From positions 62,001 to 126,000 of IMG/VR virus record IMGVR_UViG_3300032236_001613: a stretch of 64,000 bases of DNA; one strand, 5' to 3'. The notes under the pieces are model-generated. The model saw only the letters and a list, made by a program, of their open reading frames with translations, was not told where the DNA came from and did not search any database. Position numbers and translations under genes: made by a program. Below, one piece after another: positions 8,633 to 17,110 of this stretch. Numbering within the stretch: the first letter of the stretch is position 1; each line of letters begins with the position of its first letter.

Positions 8633-8976
8633 TCTTCAAACCTTTTCCAAAATTGCTGGTATGCCTCGAACTCTTTAGAAAATGCAGCATCCTTAGCCTT
8701 TTTTTCTTTTGCCAATCGTGCCTTATTAGCCTTGTTTTCTTTCGCTACCCGTGCCTTATATTCGCGGTCATTTTCTTCGCGTCGTTCATAGACGTTGATT
8801 GTATACTGACCAGGAACCTCTTCTGTTTCTTCGTGACGGAAGAAAAGTTCTCGGTTCTTATGAGTCTCCATAAGATCCTGAAGATTCTGGATAACCTGCA
8901 TAGGAGTTTTATTATGAAAGGTATGATACACGTATGCGTTACGAACCCAGCTTTCAATAATTTTACGGTCACTCAC
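8629..8976 (-). CDS. Hypothetical protein
   Basis: First gene after promoter 9006-9033; GTG start with AGGAG RBS. Confidence 0.7.
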   Translation of the reverse strand: MSDRKIIESWVRNAYVYHTFHNKTPMQVIQNLQDLMETHKNRELFFRHEETEEVPGQYTINVYERREENDREYKARVAKENKANKARLAKEKKAKDAAFSKEFEAYQQFWKRFEE

Positions 8977-9029
8977 GGGTCTACTCCTTCTGTTTACATG
9001 CTAACAGTATAGCAGGTTTTACCAAAAAG

Positions 9030-9395
9030 TCAACCTGTAGGATTGTTGGATAGGCAATGCGGGCAGGGCATTACGTCTGTATTCGGCACCAAAATAATCC
9101 CAGCTCCGCCACATTCTGGGCAGGGATCTGAACCCCGCGCACGGATGGCTTTGAAAATTGCCATTTCGGCATCCCACACGGCAACCTCTTCAGCGTTTCC
9201 TTGGTTGCCGCAATCACAACGCTCGCAACTGCACGGACGCTTGTATTTAGGTTCGGCTAACTTCTCACACGCCTCGCGCTCATGGGCAGCGACAAGGTTG
9301 GCAAAGAGTTCAAAAGAGTCCCGTCCTTTAGACGAAAACATATAAAGATCAAACCCTGACTCTTCTACCAGTCTTAGGATGTCATCGCGGGTCAT
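9030..9395 (-). CDS. MTRDDI-type protein with Cys-rich zinc-binding motifs
   Basis: FANLVAAHEREAC motif; CSCERCDC, CPECGGAG, CPHC. Confidence 0.75.
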   Translation of the reverse strand: MTRDDILRLVEESGFDLYMFSSKGRDSFELFANLVAAHEREACEKLAEPKYKRPCSCERCDCGNQGNAEEVAVWDAEMAIFKAIRARGSDPCPECGGAGIILVPNTDVMPCPHCLSNNPTG

Positions 9396-9610
9396 CCGAA
9401 TGATCTCCTTGCATCATGTTCGTTGTCAAACATCTTGCAGCCCCAGTAAGTGAGAGCCTGTGCGTTGAAATAGCCAGGCTCACCCTTAGCCTTGTTCCAT
9501 GCTGCACAGGCTTCTGCAAAACTCTCTGCCTCGTACAGTCCACAAAATTCTGCACCGGAAGAATTACCCGTTGCAGCGTAACCTTCCATCCAGACTTCAT
9601 ATTGTTTCAT
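9392..9610 (-). CDS. Hypothetical protein
   Basis: YEVWMEGYAATG..YWGC pattern; overlap coupling. Confidence 0.7.
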   Translation of the reverse strand: MKQYEVWMEGYAATGNSSGAEFCGLYEAESFAEACAAWNKAKGEPGYFNAQALTYWGCKMFDNEHDARRSFG

Positions 9611-9622
9611 TGGTATCTACTT

Positions 9623-9796
9623 TTAAACGTAGCCCAACCACTGAGCTCCCCAACCTAGTGCACCGATTGCACACAATACGCTACCTAGGCCCAACAAAAT
9701 TCTAGCCCAGATGGGCAATATCTTGAATGCAATAGCTTCATAGCCCAAAGACACAAATAAGAACAAATAACAAATAGCTACAATTAACGGTTTCAT
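9623..9796 (-). CDS. Small membrane protein (57 aa)
   Basis: Manual translation MKPLIVAICYLFLFVSLGYEAIAFKILPIWARILLGLGSVLCAIGALGWGAQWLGYV; AGGAG RBS. Confidence 0.7.
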   Translation of the reverse strand: MKPLIVAICYLFLFVSLGYEAIAFKILPIWARILLGLGSVLCAIGALGWGAQWLGYV

Positions 9797-9839
9797 CTTT
9801 CTGCTCCTTTCAATGTAGAAGTATTATAGCAGATCGAGA

Positions 9840-10145
9840 TTAAGAGAACAACCTCTTATACCAGGGCTGTTCATCATTGACAACTTGTGGTTGTGTATTA
9901 AGAGTGGCGGCGTGCAACTCTCTATTTTGATAGCGCAACCCTTGATTCTCACGAGTGATGTCTAACAAATCATCTCGGCAAGATGCTAGGAGAGTTTCAA
10001 GCTCTTGGTTAAGAGCCTTCAAACGTTCGATAATAGTGCGTTGGCTAACGAACATGGCTTCGTAGTCAGCTAAACGCTGCTCTGCAGTAGGCTGTGTCTT
10101 TTCCAGCTCTTCTTTTTTACGCTGTTCGAATGTAGGTGCTGCCAT
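9840..10145 (-). CDS. Coiled-coil protein
   Basis: Heptads; C-terminus PWYKRLFS; AGGAG RBS. Confidence 0.75.
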   Translation of the reverse strand: MAAPTFEQRKKEELEKTQPTAEQRLADYEAMFVSQRTIIERLKALNQELETLLASCRDDLLDITRENQGLRYQNRELHAATLNTQPQVVNDEQPWYKRLFS

Positions 10146-10156
10146 TTCATGCTCCT

Positions 10157-10187
10157 AAAAAAAATGGGCAGTTTAATGACCTGCCCA
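10157..10187 (-). terminator. Rho-independent terminator
   Basis: TGGGCAG/CTGCCCA stem followed by an 8-T run on the minus strand. Confidence 0.8.
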
Positions 10188-10197
10188 GGTCGGTTAA

Positions 10198-10398
10198 TCA
10201 TCCGGCTACAGCATTGTTCCGGACAATCGACTCGGCTTCGTTACCATAAAGCCCATTAGCAGCCTTGATGGAGATCTGCTCACGCAAACCACCCGACTCA
10301 GTGCCGTTGCCCGAAAGCATACGAGCCACTGCATGGATGCTGTGGAAGCGACGGATAACGCCCGACGGATGGGTAACAAAAATTCGACGATTAGTCAT
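10198..10398 (-). CDS. Small putative DNA-binding protein; paralog of 1..132
   Basis: RRFHSIHAVARMLSGNGTESGGLR; AAGGAG RBS. Confidence 0.75.
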   Translation of the reverse strand: MTNRRIFVTHPSGVIRRFHSIHAVARMLSGNGTESGGLREQISIKAANGLYGNEAESIVRNNAVAG

Positions 10399-10477
10399 TT
10401 CAAACTCCTTGTGTATCTAAAAGGTTTAATCTAACTCAACAGAACTATTATAGCAAAACTCTCAATCTAAGTCAACC

Positions 10478-10759
10478 TCAAACCTTAATAACGCCATGGT
10501 TATAACGAGTCTCCAGTACATCGTAAAACTCGTCAACAGCAGCAAAAAACCGGCAATGACGCGGGCTAGCCAAACGTCCTGCAGCCTTAGCACGCCCATA
10601 GGCCCGATTGAAGTTATCGTGCTCGCTACAAATAGCAACCGCATAATCGATACCTTCGGGCTTTTCAATAAAGGCCACAGTGGCTCCACCACGGCTTTCA
10701 ATCTTTCCGTCCAGATCACGGTTACGATAGTGAATGTACTTGATCTTAGGTGTATTCAT
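10478..10759 (-). CDS. Conserved phage protein
   Basis: GGATVA..YAVAICSEHDNFNRAYGRAKA.GRL pattern; RBS and promoter. Confidence 0.75.
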   Translation of the reverse strand: MNTPKIKYIHYRNRDLDGKIESRGGATVAFIEKPEGIDYAVAICSEHDNFNRAYGRAKAAGRLASPRHCRFFAAVDEFYDVLETRYNHGVIKV

Positions 10760-10815
10760 CTGTCCATCTCCTTTCTGTTTGTGTCTAAGTATTATACTAT
10801 GGTTTTACCAAAAGG

Positions 10816-11355
10816 TCAAGTAATTTTTCTCGAAACAATAAAAGTATCATCTGCACAGTTATATAGCAATGATTCCTTAATTTGTTTCGATACGTTAAAA
10901 GTTTTCGGCATCTCGAACTCATCACTTCCTTGATTATTTTTAGCTCGTGCACCCGTATAACGAGTTTGAGATATTATATTCTTTAGATCATATCCTTTAG
11001 ACTTTGCATATTCTTTAATTTGTCGCTTTAACCACCTAATACCGGCGGTTCCTATGTCTACCCCATTATATTGAGTTCCTAAACTAGTATGAACAATTTT
11101 ATTGTTACTGGGATGGTCAACTGGTGCTATATTTCCAATGTCAATGGATCCATTTTTAGAAAGTGAGAATGACGCAATTACCAATGGTCTATTGCTAGAC
11201 TTTTCAATCACTTTGGCATAATAGTGCCCTGGTATATCCTTAACTTGTTCGAAAGTAATAGATAGCTCTTGTTCTGGATTCTTATACGATTCTAGTATCA
11301 ATATTGAATTAATGTTGATAAAAAAGAATTTGCTTTCTATTTCATGTAGTCTCAT
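10816..11355 (-). CDS. AT-rich late-type protein with capsid-targeting-like N-terminus
   Basis: MRLHEIE start; TAAATA box at 11374-11379; AT-rich. Confidence 0.7.
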   Translation of the reverse strand: MRLHEIESKFFFININSILILESYKNPEQELSITFEQVKDIPGHYYAKVIEKSSNRPLVIASFSLSKNGSIDIGNIAPVDHPSNNKIVHTSLGTQYNGVDIGTAGIRWLKRQIKEYAKSKGYDLKNIISQTRYTGARAKNNQGSDEFEMPKTFNVSKQIKESLLYNCADDTFIVSRKIT

Positions 11356-11384
11356 TCCTACGACCTTTTGCTATATTTAACTCC

Positions 11385-12029
11385 TTAGTGTGCATAGTAG
11401 CTAGTGTTCTGTACGCTGTCGTCCCAGCAGGCGCGGCAGTTACCGCACTCATTGTCTTGAAAGCGGCTAGGGCAATCGTAGCCGTGTGCAGCACCATTCT
11501 TATGCACGGTTGAGGTATGCTCAAAGCCCTTAGGCGGCTCTGCGTCCATTTGCTGGGCACTCATACGGATTACAAGATTGCGTGGACGGCTGCGAAGTCG
11601 AAGGAACTCGCGCACCATACCAAACTCACGGGTAGGCAACCAATGCTCAACCCAAGGAGTCTGCTCTGCTACTTCGGCAATCATCTGCAAGTGATCTACA
11701 CTCTGCAGGTCGCCGCTATCGTGCCAACGGAAGTGTGTTTCACCTTTCAGTAGGCGCACCATAGCAGCAATCCAAGTGTCGCGAGTAACAGTATTGAGCA
11801 GAGCTTCTGCCAAACGAGCATGACGACGGTTGTGTGCTGCCTTAGTGTTGGGTAGTGAATACATTCCGCGCATAGCGTAACACTGGTGGCAGGTGCTGCC
11901 TTCTACTTGGCGCAGGATGCTACCAGTTTGGCAACGGGTAGCACTAAGCCCAAAGCTCTTGCCCGGCATTTTGCTAGGATTGCTGAGTCCACCAACAAAC
12001 TCTGCTGCCTCTGCTTTGGTCCTAAACAT
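11385..12029 (-). CDS. Gp88-like phage protein (Cys-rich)
   Basis: LSNPSKMPG.SF.L.A..C..G..L, C..CYA, FRWHDSGDL, HWLPTRE, C..C..CW; start moved to ATG 12029. Confidence 0.75.
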   Translation of the reverse strand: MFRTKAEAAEFVGGLSNPSKMPGKSFGLSATRCQTGSILRQVEGSTCHQCYAMRGMYSLPNTKAAHNRRHARLAEALLNTVTRDTWIAAMVRLLKGETHFRWHDSGDLQSVDHLQMIAEVAEQTPWVEHWLPTREFGMVREFLRLRSRPRNLVIRMSAQQMDAEPPKGFEHTSTVHKNGAAHGYDCPSRFQDNECGNCRACWDDSVQNTSYYAH

Positions 12030-12083
12030 AGCCAACTCCTTACTGTTACTGTAGGAATAGTATACTATGGTTTTACCAAAAGG

Positions 12084-12527
12084 TCAAGCCAATTCTTTCT
12101 TCTTGGCTCGGACTCGGGCTGTTCCCTTCTTAGTATGACGCACCATGCGAGCGTAACGATGCTGCCCCATCAAGATTTGGATACGACCTTCAAACCCGTC
12201 CTTAATAGGAACGCTCCCAGTTTCAATTTTGAAGTTGTTCTTGTCAAACCACTGAAGCCACTCGTAAAGTTCGGCTTCGGCTTCCTCACCGCGGCTCAAT
12301 ACTGCCACGCAGGGATGCTTATGATAGGCGTTCTCCGGACACCAAACGACGCCATTCTTATCTGCTCGTTTGTAGTCCTCGTCGTACCATGCATAGTCTG
12401 GATAATTACCGTCGACTACAATGCCCACGCAATGCCGCCCGATGCCTACTTCGCCTTCGAGATCCAGTTGACAGTTATTCTTAGCAGCCCAAACCGCCAT
12501 CCAAGTAATCTTTTCATCGCGTGTCAT
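12084..12527 (-). CDS. Hypothetical protein
   Basis: Own promoter and AGGAG RBS. Confidence 0.75.
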   Translation of the reverse strand: MTRDEKITWMAVWAAKNNCQLDLEGEVGIGRHCVGIVVDGNYPDYAWYDEDYKRADKNGVVWCPENAYHKHPCVAVLSRGEEAEAELYEWLQWFDKNNFKIETGSVPIKDGFEGRIQILMGQHRYARMVRHTKKGTARVRAKKKELA

Positions 12528-12581
12528 TGTATTACTCCTTGCTCTAACTATGAGTATATTATAACAGGTTTTACCAAATGG

Positions 12582-12923
12582 TCAAACACAATCTGAGACA
12601 AATTCTGTGTCAGGTGCAACCAGCGTTTCTACAAACCAAGTACCGCCTGTGCCCTGAGTATGCTCTTGTGCGTAGTCTTCTGCAGACTCTACGCTAGGAA
12701 ACGGGCCCGCAAAGTTAAATCCCTTGACAGGATCTCCATGTACTACAACAAGATCCACATTATCATCTTGTCCATCAACATTGGGCGTCCGCATCATGAC
12801 TACAAACCATGCAGCGGCTGTGCAGTACTCCCCGCCATAGTCGTAGGCTGCTTCTTCTTGATCAAAAGGCCCGATAAACTCGAAGCCGCTAGAAAGGTCA
12901 CCAAATAATATAACAAACTGCAT
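12582..12923 (-). CDS. Protein with internal duplication
   Basis: Two copies of V...GD...GF.F.GPF...E.A.DY..E...  WFV. Confidence 0.8.
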   Translation of the reverse strand: MQFVILFGDLSSGFEFIGPFDQEEAAYDYGGEYCTAAAWFVVMMRTPNVDGQDDNVDLVVVHGDPVKGFNFAGPFPSVESAEDYAQEHTQGTGGTWFVETLVAPDTEFVSDCV

Positions 12924-12987
12924 AGACAGTCTCCTTTTGCTATGAGTATATTATAACAGGTTTTACCAAAAAGTCAAGACCTGTGTT

Positions 12988-13353
12988 CTAAAGAGTCAAA
13001 CCTTCGACACCATTTTTCCGAGGTTGCCAGATACACTGGCTCCACTGAACTAGTTCTCGGTCATTCCTGTCATCGTAGGGTTCTAACCATGCCACAGGCA
13101 CCGCGTAAGACATAGGCCTGCCACTATGAGTGGAAGTTCCCCGATCAATCTGCCTACCGTCGGCCAGCACAGCAGTGAGGTCGTGCACGTCACAGGTGAT
13201 GCGTTGCCCGCCTGTTGTCTCTACAGTGGCGTGCCTGGCAGGTGCTCGCACCACAGCGTATTGCAGTTCATCGGGCGGTGGCGTGCCCTGCTGGTCAATC
13301 TGAATCACACGGACCCGTTGTCCAACTTTAAATCCCGTACTCATATTAAACAT
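12988..13353 (-). CDS. Hypothetical protein (FKVGQRV / WSQCIWQP)
   Basis: Own promoter and RBS; motifs shared with 2459..3001. Confidence 0.7.
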   Translation of the reverse strand: MFNMSTGFKVGQRVRVIQIDQQGTPPPDELQYAVVRAPARHATVETTGGQRITCDVHDLTAVLADGRQIDRGTSTHSGRPMSYAVPVAWLEPYDDRNDRELVQWSQCIWQPRKNGVEGLTL

Positions 13354-13405
13354 TTTCTCCTTGCTAGTGTCTGTGTATTATAGCAGGTTTTACCAAGAAG
13401 TCAAG

Positions 13406-13640
13406 TGCTTCTCTCTGCTGGCGGTGTTTGTCATCTCACCACAAACAATTATGTGGTATCCGCATCCCAACACAGAGAGACTTTCGTGTGCCAACGCCCG
13501 TTAGGTTAGACGGCAGTATTGCTACTGGAGACCATTGACAGTCATTCTCGCGAATGATATGTTGTTCTCAAACCACCCGTGGTTGTCACACCACTTCATC
13601 ATGCGGGTCACATTAGTGGCTGACTAAGCCACGTGGTCTT
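13406..13640 (-). ncRNA. Candidate multi-hairpin structured ncRNA
   Basis: ORF-free; GNRA-capped stems TCATTC-GCGA-GAATGA and CAGTA-GCAA-TACTG; 8-bp TCTCTCTG/CAGAGAGA enclosing a 7-bp stem. Confidence 0.6.
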
Positions 13641-13643
13641 TAA

Positions 13644-13928
13644 TTAACTAAAAATGTCAGCCAAAATCTGGTCAATTTCATGCTGACGTGCACGTTCGCC
13701 ATGAACGCGATCCATGAACTCTGACATCATGCCCGGACGATTGTGGACATAGTCCAGCTGGCCGTATGCCGAAATGTCAAAGTAACGGAAGGATGGTGCA
13801 CCAGGATAGTACTTAATCCACTGACCGCGCTGCAGGACCAAACGACCGTCCTGGATAGCACGCCGAGTGGCCGGATCCGAAAGAACCGGAGTAGGAAGAA
13901 ACTGACGACCCTTACGATTGATAACCAT
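13644..13928 (-). CDS. Hypothetical protein
   Basis: Promoter 13978-14006 and AAGGAG RBS. Confidence 0.7.
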   Translation of the reverse strand: MVINRKGRQFLPTPVLSDPATRRAIQDGRLVLQRGQWIKYYPGAPSFRYFDISAYGQLDYVHNRPGMMSEFMDRVHGERARQHEIDQILADIFS

Positions 13929-14002
13929 ATTAATTGCTCCTTACAAAAAAGTGTTTAAACTCTAACTCAACAGAACTATTATACTAAACTTTTACCAAAA
14001 GG

Positions 14003-14164
14003 TCAATAAAGACTTGAAAGATTTTCACGTTGCCAAACCCAGAGATCCTGTATCACATGAAACGCAGGTCCAACAGGGCCAATAGCGACGCCAGTGCGGC
14101 TATCCACTTCAAAAGTCTGCCAACCGCCTACAACACTACGGCAAGTGTATTCTTTGACAAACAT
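14003..14164 (-). CDS. Small hypothetical protein (53 aa)
   Basis: Manual translation MFVKEYTCRSVVGGWQTFEVDSRTG...; AAGGAG RBS. Confidence 0.65.
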   Translation of the reverse strand: MFVKEYTCRSVVGGWQTFEVDSRTGVAIGPVGPAFHVIQDLWVWQRENLSSLY

Positions 14165-14173
14165 GTCTGCTCC

Positions 14174-14326
14174 TTAGAGTTTGATCAGCACATCAGGATA
14201 GGCAGTAGCAAATGTTCGTGTTCGTTCACCACGCGGATCATAGTAATAATCCACTCGTTGACAATAGCGTTTGGCCAGCCACTTCACCACGAACACAGGC
14301 AGTATCACAGTCCATTTTGCTAACAT
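14174..14326 (-). CDS. Small hypothetical protein (50 aa)
   Basis: Manual translation MLAKWTVILPVFVVKWLAKRYC...; AAGGAG RBS, promoter 14353-14380. Confidence 0.65.
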   Translation of the reverse strand: MLAKWTVILPVFVVKWLAKRYCQRVDYYYDPRGERTRTFATAYPDVLIKL

Positions 14327-14376
14327 TGTTTGCTCCTTACTAGTATCTATATAGTATAGCAGGTTTTACCAAAAGG

Positions 14377-14595
14377 TCAACCAACCAAACCCTCATCCAT
14401 CATCTCCAAGAGTTTGATGGTGTATTCTCGCTCGTGACTGTAAGTCCTTGACTCGTTAGCCCATTCCTCACCATAGACAGCGAGGAACTCGTTGTAGATC
14501 TCTCGAAGAGAGATTTGAGGAAAACGGAATGCAACCTCATGGTACAGTTGGCCTTGGTTGACCATCTCGCGCATCTCGATGTTGATCTCTTTCAT
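14377..14595 (-). CDS. Hypothetical protein
   Basis: Own promoter 14620-14647. Confidence 0.7.
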   Translation of the reverse strand: MKEINIEMREMVNQGQLYHEVAFRFPQISLREIYNEFLAVYGEEWANESRTYSHEREYTIKLLEMMDEGLVG

Positions 14596-14649
14596 CTTAC
14601 CCTCGTTTGCTATGAATATATTATAGCAGGTTTTACCAAAAGGTCAAAC

Positions 14650-14844
14650 TTAGAATTGGCGAACGCAGAGTGACTGAATATGCGGAGCAGGCGCATAAAA
14701 ACTATTTTGTTCCTGCTGATGCAGCCATCCAGTACCTGCAGCTAGACAGGCCTCTTTGCTTTCAAAAGGCCCAATCTGGGTTATAGCTGAGCCGCCGCGA
14801 TGGTCACTCGCCGCAATAGTAAGAATCAATAACCAACCTGCCAT
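14650..14844 (-). CDS. Small exported/membrane protein
   Basis: WLLIL..., F.SKEAC..A pattern; GGAG RBS. Confidence 0.7.
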   Translation of the reverse strand: MAGWLLILTIAASDHRGGSAITQIGPFESKEACLAAGTGWLHQQEQNSFYAPAPHIQSLCVRQF

Positions 14845-14845
14845 A

Positions 14846-15046
14846 TTATTTCTCCTTCTTCAATTTAGGAAAGTGATAGGCTAAATTTTCCCAGAGACCT
14901 AGAACTATTGCTGCGGGTATAAACAGCACCATTAGACGGCTCCTGTCTAGGCCTAGCCCTAGTAATGGCATAGTCGTTAGTATCACAATACCTGCTATGA
15001 TCAGAGCCACAACTACGCTCAGTAAAATGACCAATAGAGTCACCAT
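14846..15046 (-). CDS. Small two-TM membrane protein
   Basis: Hydrophobic; 1-nt spacing with neighbours. Confidence 0.7.
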   Translation of the reverse strand: MVTLLVILLSVVVALIIAGIVILTTMPLLGLGLDRSRLMVLFIPAAIVLGLWENLAYHFPKLKKEK

Positions 15047-15047
15047 A

Positions 15048-15251
15048 TTACTTGTCCTTCTTGAAAAGATCCACTACAGACATCAAAATGCTCTTCAGTA
15101 AGAACACTACAAAGCCTACAACCGCGTATGGCAGACAGATGATAAAGCCTATAACAGGCACAGCCATCACAGCAGCTCCTAATGAGAACACGGCAGCGAA
15201 TGCTACTATGCACCATAAAATCAACAGAGTTGAGTAACTAACGGTAATCAT
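15048..15251 (-). CDS. Small two-TM membrane protein
   Basis: Hydrophobic; 1-nt spacing. Confidence 0.7.
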   Translation of the reverse strand: MITVSYSTLLILWCIVAFAAVFSLGAAVMAVPVIGFIICLPYAVVGFVVFLLKSILMSVVDLFKKDK

Positions 15252-15252
15252 A

Positions 15253-15471
15253 TCACTTGACCTTTTTTGGAAAAATCTTTTTCCAAAGCATAATGGGTGA
15301 TGTGATCAGTAACACGCCCAGCATCAATATACCACCCGGAATTAGAATAATCCACAGTATGGGCCTCTGCTTGGTGCCGAAATGTGCGCCAAACTTCATA
15401 GAAACCATGCCGGCTATTCCCAATGCCAAAAACAATACAACCAGCAAGGTTATGAGACTGATAGTAATCAT
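15253..15471 (-). CDS. Small two-TM membrane protein
   Basis: Hydrophobic; AAGGAG RBS. Confidence 0.7.
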   Translation of the reverse strand: MITISLITLLVVLFLALGIAGMVSMKFGAHFGTKQRPILWIILIPGGILMLGVLLITSPIMLWKKIFPKKVK

Positions 15472-15480
15472 AACATCTCC

Positions 15481-15774
15481 TTAAAACGGAATATCGTCGT
15501 CAAGCTGACGAGTAGATGGCCGAGGAGGACCTACGAACTCACTCTTAGCAACAGCCCGATCAACCCAGTATTGTACCTCCTCTTCGGTCATATAACAGGT
15601 TTCTTCAGGATGTGGCTGCGGCTTACCACGATAGTGCGGGTTCTCAATCCACACGTCGTAATCAGTAAGAATCCATTGACTATCCTTGTAACGATCATAA
15701 TCACCTACATTGTAGGCATATTCACGCATGGCTTCAGCTGGAGTGGCTACGCGATCTTCTTCATCATAAAACAT
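15481..15774 (-). CDS. Protein ending in SSB-tail-like DDDIPF
   Basis: C-terminus LDDDIPF; own promoter and RBS. Confidence 0.8.
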   Translation of the reverse strand: MFYDEEDRVATPAEAMREYAYNVGDYDRYKDSQWILTDYDVWIENPHYRGKPQPHPEETCYMTEEEVQYWVDRAVAKSEFVGPPRPSTRQLDDDIPF

Positions 15775-15828
15775 TGAAGACTCCTTACTGTTACTGTAGG
15801 AATAGTATACTACGGTTTTACCAAAAGG

Positions 15829-16095
15829 TCAAGATTTTTTGTATAGAGAGTGAAGGGCTTCGTGCTGCTCCAAAGCTTTCAACTGCTTCTTCACCTGAGT
15901 GAGATAGAGGTAGCGGCGATTGACTTCGGATCGGGCCAACTCACCATCGCAGGTCAAGTTCTCAGGGCTAAGGTCAGACTCTAGATGACCTGCCAGATGC
16001 CGACGGTGTTGCGGATCGTTGAGGTCCAGATCGGCCTCCTTGAAGAAGCGATTGATCTGATTGATGTGATCTAGATATTCAGTGAGTTCTTCCAT
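15829..16095 (-). CDS. Conserved phage protein
   Basis: LSPENLTCDGEL motif; own promoter and RBS. Confidence 0.75.
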   Translation of the reverse strand: MEELTEYLDHINQINRFFKEADLDLNDPQHRRHLAGHLESDLSPENLTCDGELARSEVNRRYLYLTQVKKQLKALEQHEALHSLYKKS

Positions 16096-16152
16096 AGGTT
16101 GCTCCTTGCTAGTGAGTCAGTATTATACTAAGGTTTTACCAAAAGGTCAACA

Positions 16153-16359
16153 TCAATTCACAAGATTTACACGCTCTAAACGGTAAAAGAAATCTTGCTT
16201 AGGGTCAACAATTCCAAACTCCACAAAGTATTCCGAACCTGTAAGTTCGTCATGGCAATGGAACCCGTCATCTTGTGTGTAGTCAATACGAAACACATCA
16301 CCATTCTGTATAAAGAATACTGAGTTCTGTGCAATGTCATGCAATTCGTTATGGTCCAT
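16153..16359 (-). CDS. Hypothetical protein
   Basis: Stop/start overlap. Confidence 0.7.
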   Translation of the reverse strand: MDHNELHDIAQNSVFFIQNGDVFRIDYTQDDGFHCHDELTGSEYFVEFGIVDPKQDFFYRLERVNLVN

Positions 16360-16691
16360 TATGCCTTCTCCTCAGTTTGAGCTTTGAGCTTGGCTAACTT
16401 TTTTTCGAGATTACTGATTTCTTTCAAGCGGGCCTTTTCCTTTCGGATAGCCTCTTTCTTCTTTTCTTCCTCTTCTCGAATTTTACGTTCAGCATCCTGC
16501 TTCTGATGTTCATTCCACCAGTCCAGATGCTGTTTCTTAGTAACTCCGCACTCTGTCCAATCAATGCGATCCACAATAGTAGGATCTGCTCGCATAGCAG
16601 CACAAACTACGGCTTCGAACTGTTTGACACGTTTCTCAAGGTTTCGTGAATTACGTTCTCGATCATAACTATCATCTACATAGCAAGGCAT
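16359..16691 (-). CDS. Hypothetical protein with charged coiled coil
   Basis: MPC start, WW.EH..QD motif; AAGGAG RBS. Confidence 0.75.
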   Translation of the reverse strand: MPCYVDDSYDRERNSRNLEKRVKQFEAVVCAAMRADPTIVDRIDWTECGVTKKQHLDWWNEHQKQDAERKIREEEEKKKEAIRKEKARLKEISNLEKKLAKLKAQTEEKA

Positions 16692-16703
16692 ATCATATTC
16701 TCC

Positions 16704-17057
16704 TTAGTCTGAACTGTCGTAGGCGTTGATCTGACCGCAATGGATACACTTATACTGGTCATAGCCGCGGCCTAGATTCTGTAAGAACTTCCACTCATGC
16801 CCAGAACACTTAGCCGCAGTCTCCTTAGAGACATAACCGTGACCACCACAGTGATCACAGATTTTACGGAAATGACTGTAACGATGACGATTCTCTGGAG
16901 TATCAGGCTTGCCATGCAGGTTGTAGCTGTTGATAGAAAGATTCCACCCACCATGACCACGGCAGCGAGGACACTCTACAGTATAATTAAGCCAAGGCTC
17001 CTTGCGTGGATGATCCAAGAATGCATCTGGATGATCTGGCGTAAGAAAGTCTGACAT
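16704..17057 (-). CDS. Zinc-finger protein (DnaJ-type CxxCxGxG)
   Basis: CPRCRGHG, CDHCGGHG, CIHCG. Confidence 0.8.
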   Translation of the reverse strand: MSDFLTPDHPDAFLDHPRKEPWLNYTVECPRCRGHGGWNLSINSYNLHGKPDTPENRHRYSHFRKICDHCGGHGYVSKETAAKCSGHEWKFLQNLGRGYDQYKCIHCGQINAYDSSD

Positions 17058-17110
17058 ATGTTACTCCTTGCTCTAACTATGAAACTATTATAGCAGGTTT
17101 TACCAAAAGG

